Positions 36,515 to 51,731 of a stretch of DNA of 64,000 bases are shown here, in pieces. The position numbers were made by a program, and so were the translations under genes. Where the stretch lies: the NCBI RefSeq assembly GCF_009914755.1, contig NC_060925.1. One strand, given 5' to 3'. The stretch comes from the human T2T-CHM13v2.0 reference genome, Homo sapiens. Each line of letters begins with the position of its first letter. Within the stretch, counting starts at the first letter, position 1. The notes under the pieces are model-generated. The model ran no database searches. It was not told the DNA's origin and saw nothing but the letters and a program-made list of their open reading frames with translations.

Positions 36515-37999
36515 TGGGCCCCTCCACAGATTCCAGCCTGGGAACCCGGAGAGCTCTGGGAACCATCAATGCGTGCTTGAAAGTGTCACCCTTTCTCCAC
36601 TGTCCTCAGTCTGCAAGAATACTTCAGCTCCACAGTGAATCCACAGTCCTGGGAATGACATGACACGGTGGGACTCTGCCCTGGGCTGGCGAGAGGGGCC
36701 AGCTGGCCCTGTGTGTCCTTGTCCCCTACCTCCGACGGCTGCTGGGGTCACCTGCAGGATCTCTGTGTGGGACACTCCTGTTACATTAGTTGTCCCGGGC
36801 ACATGAGACACCACTTGAACACCTCCAGGACAGACATCACATCTTCTTTTGTGTCCTTCAGGCATATGGTGTTGTGTAAGGCGACAGGGCTGCCAAGGCA
36901 TCACGAACTCCTCTCCATGGTTGAGGCAGCTTTCCGCAGCTCAGGATGCCGCTCACTGCGGCGGCTGTTAACAGATGGCCAGGGGAGAGGTAGGCACTGG
37001 CAATCAAGCTTCGGTGCTGAAAGTGTGGCCCAGGCCTCATGTTCCCTTTCACGCTGATGCTGATCTGAACGTAGCCGGCGGGAGCTGCTCAGGCGGTGGC
37101 TGCTGTGAACTGGGTCCCAAAACAATCCTCCAGGAAGAAAGGCTGCAGGGAGGACCATGTGGGTGCCTGTCCCCATCCTCCCCACCCCCACATGTAATTC
37201 TAAGTGCCCTTTGTACAGGAAAGGGCTTCTGAGTGTTTTTCAGAGGCCACCCCCTAGTGGGCTCAGAGTTCCTAAACCCCATGCCTTCCCAAGGTTAAAC
37301 ATAGATTGCTGGGGTCCCTTCCTCTTTGGGGGGCCTGAGACACCCCCCCATTGCTTGCGGATAATGGCTTTTTCTTTTTTCCTTTTCCTCAGCTGCTAAA
37401 GGCTCCTAACTATATCTTCTTCTATCACTGTAATCAAAAATGAACTTTAAGCAACTTTCTTTCAGAGTAATTTATTTAGCCTTGCAGACAAGCTAATTTA
37501 CAGAGGAGCAAATGTCATGGGTGCATCCTGGACTCCTTGTTTCTGTTCTTGGAAGACTGGTCTCAGAGAGCGGTGGGTTTATAAGCAGGTGCACAGAGGT
37601 CAGTGGGGGTGACGGAAGAGGGTGAATAGGATGCTGTCTGGGAGAATGGAGAGAAGGGAGGATGAATTTTATGGTTTGGCTGAATATTACTGTTTCAAGA
37701 CGTCTCACTTTTCCTCTCAAATGGTAAAGGCAGGCTCAGAGAGGAAGGCAGGGAGATTTCTGAAAGGTCAAAGCCATAAAAGCAAAAAGACCCTAATTCA
37801 GGGCTTTTCGTGTTTCTAGAACATTTTATAAAAGTCAGGAAGGAAAATCTTCTGCCTCCCTGGAGTCCTTTGGAACAAAGGAGCCGGGTGGTAGGTCTTG
37901 GTGCCCAGTTATTCATTCATTCAATCATTTCTTTTTCCCAGCAGGCATTTCCTGGCAACTTATAAGCAGCAGCTTCATGTGGTGGTGTAAGATGTGGCT

Positions 38000-38452
38000 T
38001 GGTCCCTGAACGTATGGCCTTGGGCAAGGTAGCCTGTGACCCTCGGTTTCCTCATTTTTTAAATTAGTGAATGGGTTGGCCAACATTTTTTGAGTTAATT
38101 GCTTCACATGGACCAACATCTTGTAATCCTTATAGCAAATCTGTGAAGTAAGCACTATTATTTCTTCCATTTTATAGGTGAGGAAACAATGGTTCTTCAC
38201 CATTTTATAGGTGAAGAACAAGGTTAAATAACTTACACCTAAAGCCACATAGGGGTAATTCGACACATCCACACAGCTTGATTCCAGAGTTTAGGCATGT
38301 CTTGTGTCAACCAGTGGGACATTATTTATAAAACTAGGGCAGTAATGCCCACTTGAGAGATGTGTGGGTGAGTTGCATGGGGGTGGGGGGCAGATTATAG
38401 GAGATGATGTGTGTAAAGTATCCAGGACAGGCCTAGAAGAGTCAATAGTTGA
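38000..38452. mobile_element. Cluster of MIR fragments in both orientations
   Basis: CCTCGGTTTCCTCATT (+), CCATTTTATAGGTGAGGAAAC (-), GGAGATGATGTGTGTAAAGT (+ tail). Confidence 0.7.
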
Positions 38453-39320
38453 TGAATGGTGGTGATGGTGATGTGATGATGATGGTGATGGGATGGTGAT
38501 GGTGATAAAGATGACAATAACGGTGATGAAGATGATAATGGTGATGTCAGTGATGATGGTGATGGAAGTGATGGTGACTATGATGATGATAAGGACGGTC
38601 ATTATGACAAAAGTATTGTGATGATAGCGACGTGATGGTGGCGATGATAATGGTGAGGATGGTGATGATGATAATGATAACGGCAGTGTTGTGATGAAGA
38701 TTATAGTGATGGTGATGATGATGATGGGGATGGTGGTGATGATGGTGCTGTGGTGAAGATTAGAATGGTGATGATGATGATGATAACAGTAGTGTTGGGA
38801 TGAAGATTATAGTGATGATGGGGATGGGGATGGTGATGGTGTGGTGATGATTAGGATGGCAATGATGATGATAACAGTAATGTTGGGATGAAGGTTATAG
38901 TGATGATGGTGATGGTGGTGATGATGGTGTCATGGTGAAGATTAGGCTGGCGATGGTGATGATGATGATGGGGATGATGATAATGTGATGAAGATTATAG
39001 TGATGGTGATGATGGGGATAGTGGTGATGATGGTGTCATTGTGAAGATTAGGATGGTGATGGTGATGATGATGATGATGATGATGGGGATGATGATAATG
39101 TGATGAAGATTATAGTGATGATGGTGATGATGGTGATGGTGGTGACGATTGGGATGGTGATGATGATGGTGTCGTGGTGAAGATTAGGATGGCGATGGTG
39201 ATGATGATGATGATAACAGTAGTGTTGGGATGAAGATTATAGCGATGATGGGGATGGTGATGATGATAATGTTGGGATGAAGATTATGATGGTGATGGTG
39301 ATGTTGGTGATGATAATTTA
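38453..39320. repeat. Complex (GAT/GGT)n tract with ~90-125 bp higher-order units
   Basis: GAAG(A/G)TTATAG recurs at 38696, 38802, 38890, 38990, 39105, 39232. Confidence 0.95.
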
Positions 39321-39580
39321 TCATTACATGCGAGGAAGTGCCAAATCCTCTGGTAGTTGCCCAGGATGCATAAATGGAAAGTACAAGCCCGATCACAAGG
39401 ACTTAAAGCCTAGTGAAAAGCAAGAAAACCTAATGTCCACAAAATCTATTGCAATAAATGCATGACAGAGAAAGACAGCTTGTGCCACATAGATGGCCAT
39501 GAATGTGAAGATAAGTTGTGAGATTGGGATATGTGTTGGAAGCAAAACCAGCGATGTGTGTTGACGAATTGGATATAAGG

Positions 39581-39796
39581 CAGGGTTTTTCAACTTTGGA
39601 ACTACTACTATTTGGGGCTGGATCATCCTTTGTTTTGCGAAGTGGTCTTTTGCACTGTGGAATGTTTAGCAGCATTCCTGGCCTCGGCAAGCTAGATGAC
39701 AGTAGCATTACCTCCCCAGTTACGACAACAAAAATTGTCTCCAGATCTTGCCTGATGTTCCCTGGGGGGCAAAATCACCCCAGTTGAGAACCACTA
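39581..39796 (-). mobile_element. MER20 (hAT-Charlie), full length
   Basis: CAGGGTTTTTCAAC...GGGGGGCAAAATCACCCCAGTTGAGAACCACT termini. Confidence 0.93.
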
Positions 39797-40639
39797 ATGT
39801 ACAAAAAGAAAGAAATTGGGGATGGTTCTCGGGCCTTTGGCTTGAGGAAGTGGGTGCACAGTGATGCCATTTGCTGGAAGGGAAATTTTGTCTGTCTTAT
39901 TTATGAGAGTGTCCTCAGCACCTAGAACAGTGCCTGTCCCATAGTAGGTACTCAATGGGTATTTGTTGAGTGAAAGAATAATTGAGTGGGGAAGATGGTA
40001 GAATAATAGTTGTGTGTGGGGGAGAGTGGAAATAGATGGTGTTGCTTCAGGCAAAGTGAGTTTGAGATTGATTGGACATCCCACTGCAAATACTGAGCTG
40101 TCAGTTGAGTATATGAGACTTCATGGGAGAAGTCAGGAGATAAATCTGGGGGGTCATCAGCACATCCATAGGATTGACAGCAGTGGGACCATCTGAGGTC
40201 TCCTAGGGCAAGAGGGTAGACATTGAAGGGAAGAGAGCCTGGGAAAGAGCTCTGGAGTAGTCAGACACTTAGAATTCAGGGAGACAATGAGCAATGTGCT
40301 TGGGACACTGAAAAGGAATAGTCAGAGAGGTCAAGATCGGACAAGGACAGGGAGATATCATAGGAGTCCAGAGAATAAAGTGTTGATTGGAAAGAATGGA
40401 CCACCCCATTGATTGCTGCTGAGAGAACAAGTTGGTGAAATCAGAGAAATGCCCATTGGAATTGGTAACATGGAGCTCAGATGACTTGGACAGAAGTTGA
40501 TTTAATAAAACAGTGAGGAGAACAGGCTATTTGGAATGAGTTCAAGAGACTTCAGGCAGTGAGGCACTGGAGAGGGCCTGTGAAGTTTTACTGTAAAAAT
40601 TCTCAAAAAGTGGGGTAGTAAGTAGAGACAAATGTAGGC

Positions 40640-40979
40640 TGTAAAAGAAAAAGAATTATTTGCACACTTGTTAAAACAGCAAGGAAGACTTCACTTAAGG
40701 CTATTGCAATGGGGGAGAGAGACTGAGCTCAACCCTGAGTACAACAGGGACCAGTGGAGATTTATAGCCAACAAAGAGAGTGAGGCGGGGTCAGTAGATA
40801 GAAAATTACTAAGGGGAGACATCAGGGTGAGGGGATTCTGGTTAAACTGGATGAACAAAACGGGTGAGGAGATTCTCTCCAAACTGACCTAGCAGGATTC
40901 TTGCTAAAGGCAGGCCAAGGTTAAGAAGAGGGCTCAGGGCAACCTGGATAAAGTTTGATCAAGGAAGAAGACCTTGTCA
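40640..40979 (-). mobile_element. MER31-like (ERV1) LTR
   Basis: TGTAAAAGAAAA..ACACTTGTTAAAA..GAAGAGGGCTCAG..AAAGTTTGATCAAGGA..TTGTCA. Confidence 0.8.
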
Positions 40980-42179
40980 GGGGTCATGGGCAGGTTTTTA
41001 AAGAAGGGAGATAGGGAGCATTTGGTATGCTGATGGGGGTGGCCCTGTGGAGAGAGGTCTGCCACCCTGGTGCTAACCCCAGTGGGAAGGATGGCAAGGC
41101 AGGCCAGAACCTGGCACCAGGCTTTGGACGGTTGCTCTAGCCTGTTCCAGAGGCCATAAAACTCTTGGCTGTTCATAAGGGAAGCCGCAGATGGGCTCTG
41201 CTCCCTGCTAATCTCCTCATCATAAATTTGGCTTTTAGGACAAGCTGCACTAATTACCACATTGCTCTGCCCTGGCTCTCTGTGAGGCTGTGGCAGGGCT
41301 GCTAGTGGGTTTACTAACCCAGCACAATAAATTGATCACTGACACGGTGGTACTGGGCCCAAACAAGAAGACAGAGGCTCCTGCACCCCATCAGGAATGT
41401 CCCTGCACCCTTCCTCCTTCCAGATTGACAGGCATTACCTGTTTTCTTTTCTGGACGCGGGGGGAGTGGCTGCAGCCAAGAGATATCTCTTCATTCACCT
41501 CTGGGTAAGGAGAGAAAGGCCTTAGGTGACCTTCCTCATCAGTCAGCTCAACCCTTGCAGAATCAATGGTCACAAGATCGAATTGATCCAAAGGTTGAAT
41601 CGTACTCTTGACAAAGGCTCCAGTAAAAATGTGCAGTTGGAAGGCTGCTCGTCCGGTGTCAGCAGTGAGTGTGAAGCCTTAGTGAGGTGTCTGGCACCTG
41701 ATCAATGCTCTGTATACATTTGCTGCTGTTTCTATTTTTGTTTTTGTTGTTTCTGTGAGTCCATCACCTGACTCCAATGGTATGAGATAGGTCATTTGTC
41801 AGCACAGTTCCCTAATATTCTGCAGCCAACAACTTCAGTCCTCATTCACCTTTTCCTAGGATTCTAGAGGCCATGGTTAAGGGCAATGAGGAAGCAGTGG
41901 GGTTTGTGGAAAAGGATCAAGCAAGAAGAGGTGTTTGGGGAAAACTAGTCTAATGGCGGAGGTCAGAATGGGTTCATGAAGGAAGTGAAGCAGGGGGCTC
42001 ATCCTCCTTCTCTTGTCTGGCCATTAAGAAGTAATAATCAAATGATGCTTTGTAGAGACCTTTCTGTATCTGAGCAGTCCTACTCAGAGGGGACCATATC
42101 AAGAGTGGATGTGAGATGAGGACATCACCATGTCCTTTGTGACACATGCACTAGACCCAGTTCAGTTGCACTGCTCCCA

Positions 42180-43540
42180 CTTGCCATCCATCCACCCACT
42201 TGCTCATCCAACTGCCCCAACCACCACTATCCACCCACCCCCACATCCACCCATCTACCTACTCATCCACTCATTCACCTATGTACCCACCCATAAACCC
42301 ATCTGTCTATTCATCCATTTAACCATCCATCCGCCCACCCATTAACTCATGCACCCACCTACCAACCCATTCATCTATTCATCCAACCACTCATCCATCC
42401 ACCCACTCATCCACCCATCCACCCACCCACCAATCCAAACATCTATCTATGCATCTATCCCTCAATCAACTCATGCACCCACGCACAAGCCCATCAATTC
42501 ATTCAACCATATACCCATGTATCCATTCACTTGCCCATCCATCTACCTCAACCACCCTTCCACCTACTCAATCCCACATCCACTCATCCATCCACCTATC
42601 CACCCATTCACCCATGCACTCACCCACAAACCCATCGATCTATCCATCCATCCATCCACTCACTCACCCATCCACCCACCCATCAATTCATGCACCCACC
42701 TACCAACCCACCCATCCATCCATCCATCCATCCATCCATCCACTCATCCATCCACCCATCCACCCACCCATCCACTCATCTATCCACCCACCAACCCATG
42801 TGTATCTCTTCATCTACCCACCCATCCACTCATTAACCCACCTACCAACCCATGCATATTAGTTTATTCTCACATTGCTATAAAAATACTTGAGACTGGG
42901 CAATTTACAAAGAAACAAAGAAAAGAGGTTTAATTGGCTCACAGTTCCACAGTCCATACAGATTGCATGGCTGGGGAGACCTCAGGAAACTCTCAATCAT
43001 GGCAGAAGGCAAAGAGGAAGCAGGCACATCTTACACAGCCGGAGCAGGAAGAAGAGAGAGAGGGGGAAGGTACTACACACTTTTAAACAACCAGACCTTG
43101 AGATAACTCACTCATTATCATGAGAATGGCACCAAAGGGGAAGTCTGTCCTGTGATCCAATCACCTCCCACCAGGCCCCACCTCCAACATTGGGGATTAC
43201 AATTTGACGTGAGATTTTGGCAGGGACACAGACCCAAACTATATCACCATCATCTATCTATCCATTTACCCACCCACCAACTCATGCACCCACACCCAAA
43301 AACCCATCTGTCCATCCATTTACCCATCCATCTACCTCAACCACCCTTTCACCCACCCACACGCCCCAACCCATCCATTCATTCATCTACCCATCTAACC
43401 ACTCACTTATCTTCTATCAACCAGTCTACACACCTATCTGCCCTCCCATCCGTCTACCTATCAGACTATTCATGTATCTATTTAACCATCCATCCATCCA
43501 TCCATCCATCCATCCATCCACCCACCCAGTTATCCATTCA
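42180..43540. repeat. Complex (CCAT/CCAC)n tract interrupted by MSTA
   Basis: Read directly on both sides of 42855-43246. Confidence 0.95.
42855..43246 (-). mobile_element. MSTA solo LTR
   Basis: TATTAG..CACATTGCTATAAA..GGGACACAGACCCAAACTATATCA; TSD CCATG/CCATC. Confidence 0.93.
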
Positions 43541-44135
43541 GCAATGATTGTTGAGCCCATTCTGTGTGCGAGGCAGAACATATATGGTAATCCACCTTCT
43601 TTCTCATGAAGTGCTCACTTATACCCAAAGGATCACAGCAGTGTGCAAAAGCCAAACCAGAGGTATGCACGTTGCATTATTCTAACCCTGAGGGGGAAGT
43701 GCTTATATCTGGGGAGGTCAGGAAAGGCTCCTTGGAGGAAATTTAACATTGAAAGGAGCATGGCAATTAGCCAGGCAGAGGCAGGGTAGAAACATTTACA
43801 AATATAGTGGGGCAAGGAGCCCAGGGTTATGGGGACAGGGGAAGTTGCAGATGTTTGGCTACATGGCTGGACCACCAGGTTTGTGTGAGTTTGCTGGAGT
43901 GGTGAGCTGGTGAGTCTCAAAGGACACTGCTGAGTTATGTCATTGTGTCTGGATTTAATCCTGAAGACAATGGGAGCTACTGGTTAATTTCACAAAAGGT
44001 ATGTCATGATCTGTCTTGTGCTGTGAAAGATTGCCCTGGAGAGATGAGACCTTTCCATTACCAGGGCCAGAGCTGGAAGTGAGAGGTGGGGGGTAATCAA
44101 CCAGATGAGAAGATCAAGTTCTGCAGCCATTGTTG
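43530..44135 (-). mobile_element. L2 3' region
   Basis: CATTCAGCAATGATTGTTGAGC..GTCAGGAAAGGCTCCTTGGAGGA..TTTAATCCTGAAGACAATGGGAGC. Confidence 0.75.
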
Positions 44136-44149
44136 AAATCAAAATAGTC

Positions 44150-44372
44150 ATCATCACTGTCACTATCATCATTCTCCCTATGTGCCAGGTACTGTCCTAT
44201 GAGCTGGGCATGAGCTCCCTCATGGAGGCTTTCCAATGCCCCACAGGTGGGTACTTTTATTGTCCTTATCTTATGTCCAAGGAAATGAAGGCACACAGAT
44301 CTTAAATAAATTGCCCAAGATTGCCCAGCTAGTAAGAGACAGGGCCACTTCTAGCTGGACAGTGGGACCCCA
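44150..44372 (-). mobile_element. MIR
   Basis: CTATGTGCCAGGTACTGT..GGAAATGAAGGCACA..TAAATAAATTGCCCAAG. Confidence 0.75.
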
Positions 44373-44499
44373 GCCTCCTCCTCTTGGTCAAGATAGGGTG
44401 CTGTGAGGTAGGGAGAGGGGAAGAAAGGCTGGCCCATCTGAGAACTAAGTCTCTGATTCTGGATGCCATTCCTGAGGCTTTCTCCCCCAGGAGGGAGGC

Positions 44500-44911
44500 T
44501 GTGTTAGTCCATTCTTGCATCGCTGTAAATAAATATTTGAGGCTAGGTAATTTATAAAGAAAAGAAGTTTAATTGGCTCACAATTCTGTAGGCTGGACAG
44601 GAAGCATGGTGCCAGTGTCTACTTCTGATGAGGCATCAGGGAGCTTACAATCATGGCAGAAGGTGAAGGGGGAGAAGGTATATCATGGCGAGACAAGGAA
44701 CAAGAGAGAGAAGGTGAGGTCCCAGACTCTTTTAAACAACCACATCTCACCTGAAATAACTCATAGACTAACTGAGCAAGAACTCACTCATCACCAAGGT
44801 CTAAGCCATTCAGGAGAGATCCATCCCCTTGATCGAATACGTCCCACCTCCAACACTGGAAATCACATTTCAACATGAGATCTGGAGAGGATAAACATGC
44901 AAACCATATCA
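44500..44911 (-). mobile_element. MSTB-like solo LTR
   Basis: TGTGTTAGTCCATT..AAGCATGGTGCCAG..CAAACCATATCA. Confidence 0.92.
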
Positions 44912-45249
44912 GGGTATATCTATGACTGTGAGCTTTCATTAGGCTTGACAAGAAAATGGACTAAATCAGTGGAAGTTGATGGAAATGGAGCCCCCAATCC
45001 TCGGCTTACTGCTGGTTAAGAATCTCAAAGTGCATTGGTCTGTTCTCTGCTGTTTGTTCGTGTTGTTGCAGCTCTTGAAGACAACCAGTCCCTGATTGGG
45101 CTCTGCCCCAGTGAAACCCACGAGTGTCCTAGCAGGATGGTCACCTAGGATTTTGATGGTGCCACACACAGAGAACCCTGAGGACTGAGGCCATGGAGCA
45201 GGAGGAACTCTAACATGCTGTGGGGGTCATACAGAATGACTCCAATACT

Positions 45250-46180
<931 letters not shown>

Positions 46181-48134
46181 AAGAACAACAACAAAAACCA
46201 AAAAAAACAAAGAAAACAGGGAGGAAGGAAGGAAGGGTAGGAGGCAGGCAGGGAGGAGGAAGGAAGGAAGAAAAAGAGGAAAGAGGAGACCCCAGGCCCA
46301 TCTTGGGTGGGTGTGCATAGTCAGACCTGCTGGTGTGGGACCTGCTGTGTGTGTCCAGCTGAGACGGGAATTCTCAGGGCCTTTTCCATAGGCCCAGGCC
46401 TCCAAATCACACTTGACTGATGAGCGTGGTTTCTGAGTGAATTCCAAGGCAGCCTAGGATGGAGATCTGGGAGACAGGAGCAGGCGTATAAGAGGTGGCC
46501 ATGTGCCCTGAGGTTCAGCTGAGCTGTGGGGAGCAGTTGTCCCCTGTTTTGCAAGCCCCCTTGTGCTGCGAGGACATCCTGGACTGTGTTTATACCACAG
46601 AAAAGGGGGTGGGTGTGCCTGGTTCTGTGTGAAGCCACCACCCCATTGCCCTGTATCATTCCCAGGTGCACCTGAACAAGGTGAGCAATGAAGCCTCCGT
46701 GTGCTGAGACTCTTACCAGCAGGAAGTGGGTGCCTGGGTTGGACAAGTCAAGGAGACCATTGTGGGGTGGCGGCCGGAGAGCTCATGTCTATAAGGGCTT
46801 GTTCCAGGGCTCGGTGGAGAGTTGTTTGTGGGTGATCTCATTAGCCTCTCACCCAAAGAAGCTGTGGATGTACAAGGTCAGTGACAACTTTGGGTCACAC
46901 TGCAGCAAGTGGCAGGGTCAGAGAGAATTCCAGGTCCCTCACATGCCAAGTTCCATGGTCTGTACTTGTCACTATATGAACTCAGGGTCCAAGATGTGTG
47001 CATGAGGAGCCACATGGACTGGGGACATCTCAGGAGGACTAAGCAGCTTCCTCCAACCCGGGAGTCCTAAGGAGTGCCCGTCGCATCCCTGCCTGTATGG
47101 AGAACTCCCTTCTTTCCTTCTAATGACAATGGTCGTCCTCGAGGGAGCCTGTCTGAAAGCAATGACTCACCTGGAGTCAAACTTCCTGGAGACGCAGCCG
47201 AGCAGACCCTCCAGGGTCCCTGGTCTGTTTTGAATTTACAGACACTTTTCATTTTCCCAAGTGGAGTCAGGGCTGTTTTGCTCGGAAGCATAAACTTCGA
47301 GCCCCGCTGTTCATGGCAAAAGGAGAGTTGAGGATTGATGCCCAGCCCAGCAGAGAATGAGGACAAAGGAGTAAAACGTGAACGAACACTCAGCTAAACT
47401 AGTCCCTGCCCAGGGAGCCAGACCAGACGAAGCTGTCGATTCAGGTGCCCAGGATGCCTGGAAACACCTGGATTCTCCCGATTTTATTCAAAAGCCAAAT
47501 GCGTTTGCCTACAGAGAACAAAAATAAATCTTTCTTCTGGTAAAGGAGGAAATTAGCAAGTGCCAAGTGAAAACACATTTTCTCTTTCCCTGGACTTGAT
47601 TGGATGAGACCATGAACAGGCAAAAGGAGCCAACAGGCCTCCTGGCCCCAGAGCTGCATCCAGGTGGGAGCTGTTGAGGCCTCAGCTATAAAGGGAGATG
47701 GGAGGAGAGGAGGATGAGTCTCTTCCCGTGACCTTGAGAGGTCACGATGCCAGGGCTGGAGGCCATTGTGGCTCACTGTAACATTTCCAGATGTTAATGA
47801 ATGTTTCAGGAGTGATTGTGAAATTCGCTAAGTGAAATTTATTTCCCTTTGCTCTGACTTTAGAAATGAATGTCCCTTGTCTCAGCAGGACTGGCCCTGC
47901 TGTGCCTTGCTGGCTGTAGTGCGAATCCACAGACTTTCCACTGAGTGATAGCTGATCTGAGCATAGTCATGCAATGTCCATCACTCATCAATCTCCTGTC
48001 TGAGAATCTGTTCTGCTGAAATGATCATAGATGCAAATAAACATTTGTGTGCAAATCCATTAATAGCATCATTACTTAAAATAAGGAACAAGTGGAAAAA
48101 CCTAATAATTAGAGGAGACATTGATTGTGGCTCA

Positions 48135-48615
<481 letters not shown>

Positions 48616-49352
48616 ATATACTATATGATCTATACTGAGTATTACACCTAAACACCATGTTGGTTGTCTTTGTGCGGGTTGATGAGAAGTTTGAGCTCCA
48701 TCCCCAATCTTTACAGCATTTTTCAAATTTCCTTAAATGACTGTATATTGATAAATGAATCAATATACATTGATTGTCCAAAGCACAACATTGGACAATC
48801 ACAATGTTTGTCCAAAGCACAATGTTGTGGAAACAGGATAGGTCATTGTTGCACAATTTTCCCTCTTGACTTCTTCTTTCTCCTGTCTTTTCTCCCGAAC
48901 CCTCTGATGGGGTTGGAAACAATGTCACACATTAAAGTAATAATATTTTGGAATCAATGTTCTAACCCTTCCACCCCCAATTCTCCTAACAATTTGTGGT
49001 CAGTTTCTCTTCTCCCCACATTCTCTCTTCTCTGATTATCATTAGATGTGGGGCCTCCAGGATCTGGGCTCAGGGTGGCTGTCACTTTTCACTTTGAGTA
49101 GTCAGGTATTGGTCAAAATGCAAGCATAAGGGATGGCTTTTGGGCCCTGACCAATGATGCTGAATTTTCCAAACCGAAAGGAAGAAAAGAAAGATGACAG
49201 TGCTGTCAGCACCCAGCTGAAAGTGGTGAATCGACATTTCCTGTCTGTGTGTGTCTTTGTGAGAACCCCGTGCTCATCTGTGGTTTCCTAACTCAGGGAG
49301 ATAGATTTGCTTTACGGGTAGTTTTCCCTTCAGAAAGAGTCTTCGGTGCCTT

Positions 49353-49727
49353 TGTGTATCCACTGCAATACTTTGCAAAACAAAATACACACACTGGGCA
49401 CTTTAAACAATAAAATTGTGTTCTCCCACAGTCCTGGAGGCCATAAGTCTAAGATCAAGGTGTGGGCAGGGCTGCTTCCCTCTGAGGCCTCTCTTGTAGC
49501 TTGAAGGTGGGTGTCTCCTTCCTGTGTCCTCTATGTGTGTCTGTGTCCTAATCTCTTCTTACAAGGACACCAGCCAGATTGGATGACTGCCCACCCTACT
49601 CAGTGTGACCTTATCTTAACTAATGACCCTGCAATGAGCCTATTCCCAAATAAGGCCACATCCTCAGGTACTGGGGCTTAGAACTTCAACATAAGACTAC
49701 GGAAGGTTCATAATTCAACCCATAGCA
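49353..49727 (-). mobile_element. MLT1A0-like solo LTR
   Basis: AAGATCAAGGTGTGGGCAGGG..ACAAGGACACCAG..TTCAACCCATAGCA. Confidence 0.88.
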
Positions 49728-49774
49728 CCTGAAATTTGTGTTCTGTTTCTTCAGCAAGCATTTTAGCAAATTTA

Positions 49775-50086
<312 letters not shown>

Positions 50087-50655
50087 TCACTCTTTGAGGT
50101 TCTCTAAGAAGGTTGGGGAGGAGGGGTTCCTATTTTAGAATAATTGTGGTAAAAATTAAGAACTCCAAAGGAAGGTGAATGTTCACAAAGCTCATCACTA
50201 TCTTGCAAATAGTTGGTGCTGAGTAACTGCCCAATGAATCATCAAGTCATGCTACTGAGAGCTCTTTATTGATGGAAATTGTTTCAGGCAGAGTCATTCT
50301 CTGGCATCAACATGACGTCATTTACATCCACATCTTTATAAATGTTCAATAACTTTACTGTCACAGGTTTGTCTTACTCATCACCTTGGATGCACAGAAA
50401 ATATGCTAGACTTTGATGTATTTTACAGTACATTAGTTTGAGTGGGAACTCCTCTGAAGCAACTCAAATCTAGCTCTTACTAAATTTAAACATTCCTACA
50501 AAGGGGCTTTCACTTCTGGATGCAGACGTTTATATGGCAAATATTTATTTTGTTGCAATAGGGTTGCAAATTGTGATAACTGTGTAACGAAGACTATGCC
50601 CCCACTTCTTCAGAGGTCTGGCTTTTGTCCTGGCTTCTGCAAGGTGAACTCTAAC

Positions 50656-51731
50656 TATTGGGGGAACCCATCCCCAATATTTCAATGTAGGTTCTTTCTA
50701 TTTTCCATAAGTGTTGGCCAGTTGAGAAATAAAGAGAGAGGGTAAAAAGAGAGGAATTTTACAGCTGGGCCGCTGGGGGTGACATCACATATTGGTAGGA
50801 CCATGATGCCCACCTGAGCCTCAAACCAGCACGTTTTTATTAAGGGTTTGAAAAGGGGAGGGGATGTAAGCACAGGGAGTAGGTACAAAGATCACATGCT
50901 TCAAATGGCAAAAAGCAGAACTACTGATAAGGATCCAGCAAAGATCACAAGGCAAAGGGCAAAAGCAGAACTACTGATAAGGGTCCAGCAAAGATCACAA
51001 GGCAAAGGGCAAAAGCAGAACTACTGATAAGGGTCTATGTTCAGCGGTGCACGCATTGTCTTGATAAACATCTTAAACAACAGAAAACAGGGTTTGAGAG
51101 CAGAGAACCAACTGGTCTGACCACAAATTTACCAGGGCAGAGATTTCCCCCACTCTAATAAGCCTGAGGGTACTGCAGGAGACCAGGGTGTATCAGTCCT
51201 TATCTCAACTGCATAAGACAGACATTCCCAGAGTGGCCATTTATAGACCTCCCCCGAGGAACACATTCCTTTCCCAGGGTATTAATATTTTATTATTCAT
51301 TGCTAGGAAAAGAATTTAGGGATATCTCTCCTACTTGCACGTCCATTTATAGGCTCTCTGCAAGAAGAAAAATATGGCTCTTTTTGCCCGACCCCACAGG
51401 TAGTAAGATCTTATGGTTGTCTTCCCTTGCTCCCTAAAAAATGCTGTTATTCTGTTCTTTTTCAAGGTGCACTGATTTCATATTGTTCAAACACACATGT
51501 TTTACAATCAGTTTGTACAGTTAACACAATTATCACAGTGGTCCTGAGGTGACGTACATCCTCAGCTTAGGATGATAACAGGATTAAGAGATTAAAGTAA
51601 AGACAAGCATAAGAAATTATAAAAGTATTATTTGGGAACTGATAAATGTCCATGAAATCTTCACAATTTATGTTCCTGTGCTGCGGCTTCAGCGGGTCCC
51701 TCCATTCAGGGGTCCCTGACTTCCCACAACA
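50656..51731 (-). mobile_element. MER11 (HERV-K11 LTR), full-length solo LTR, ~1.08 kb
   Basis: Ends are the reverse complement of TGTTG(C/T)GGGAAGTCAGGGACCCC...TTCCCCC(A/G)ATA; internal ~51-bp repeats at 50908-51035. Confidence 0.93.

Larger units (their letters stand above)
39350..41060 (-). mobile_element. Fragmented L2 interrupted by MER20, a sense L2 3' end (~39880-39975) and MER31
   Basis: ATAAATCTGGGGGGTCATCAGCA, TGCTGCTGAGAG..CCCATTGGAATTGGTAACATGGAG antisense L2 motifs. Confidence 0.75.

Noticed and set aside
42349-42933. His/Pro-rich 194-aa ORF
   Set aside because: Translation of the (CCAT/CCAC)n tract
50908-51035. ~51-bp tandem repeat inside MER11
   Set aside because: As I recall, a native feature of MER11 subfamily consensi rather than locus-specific
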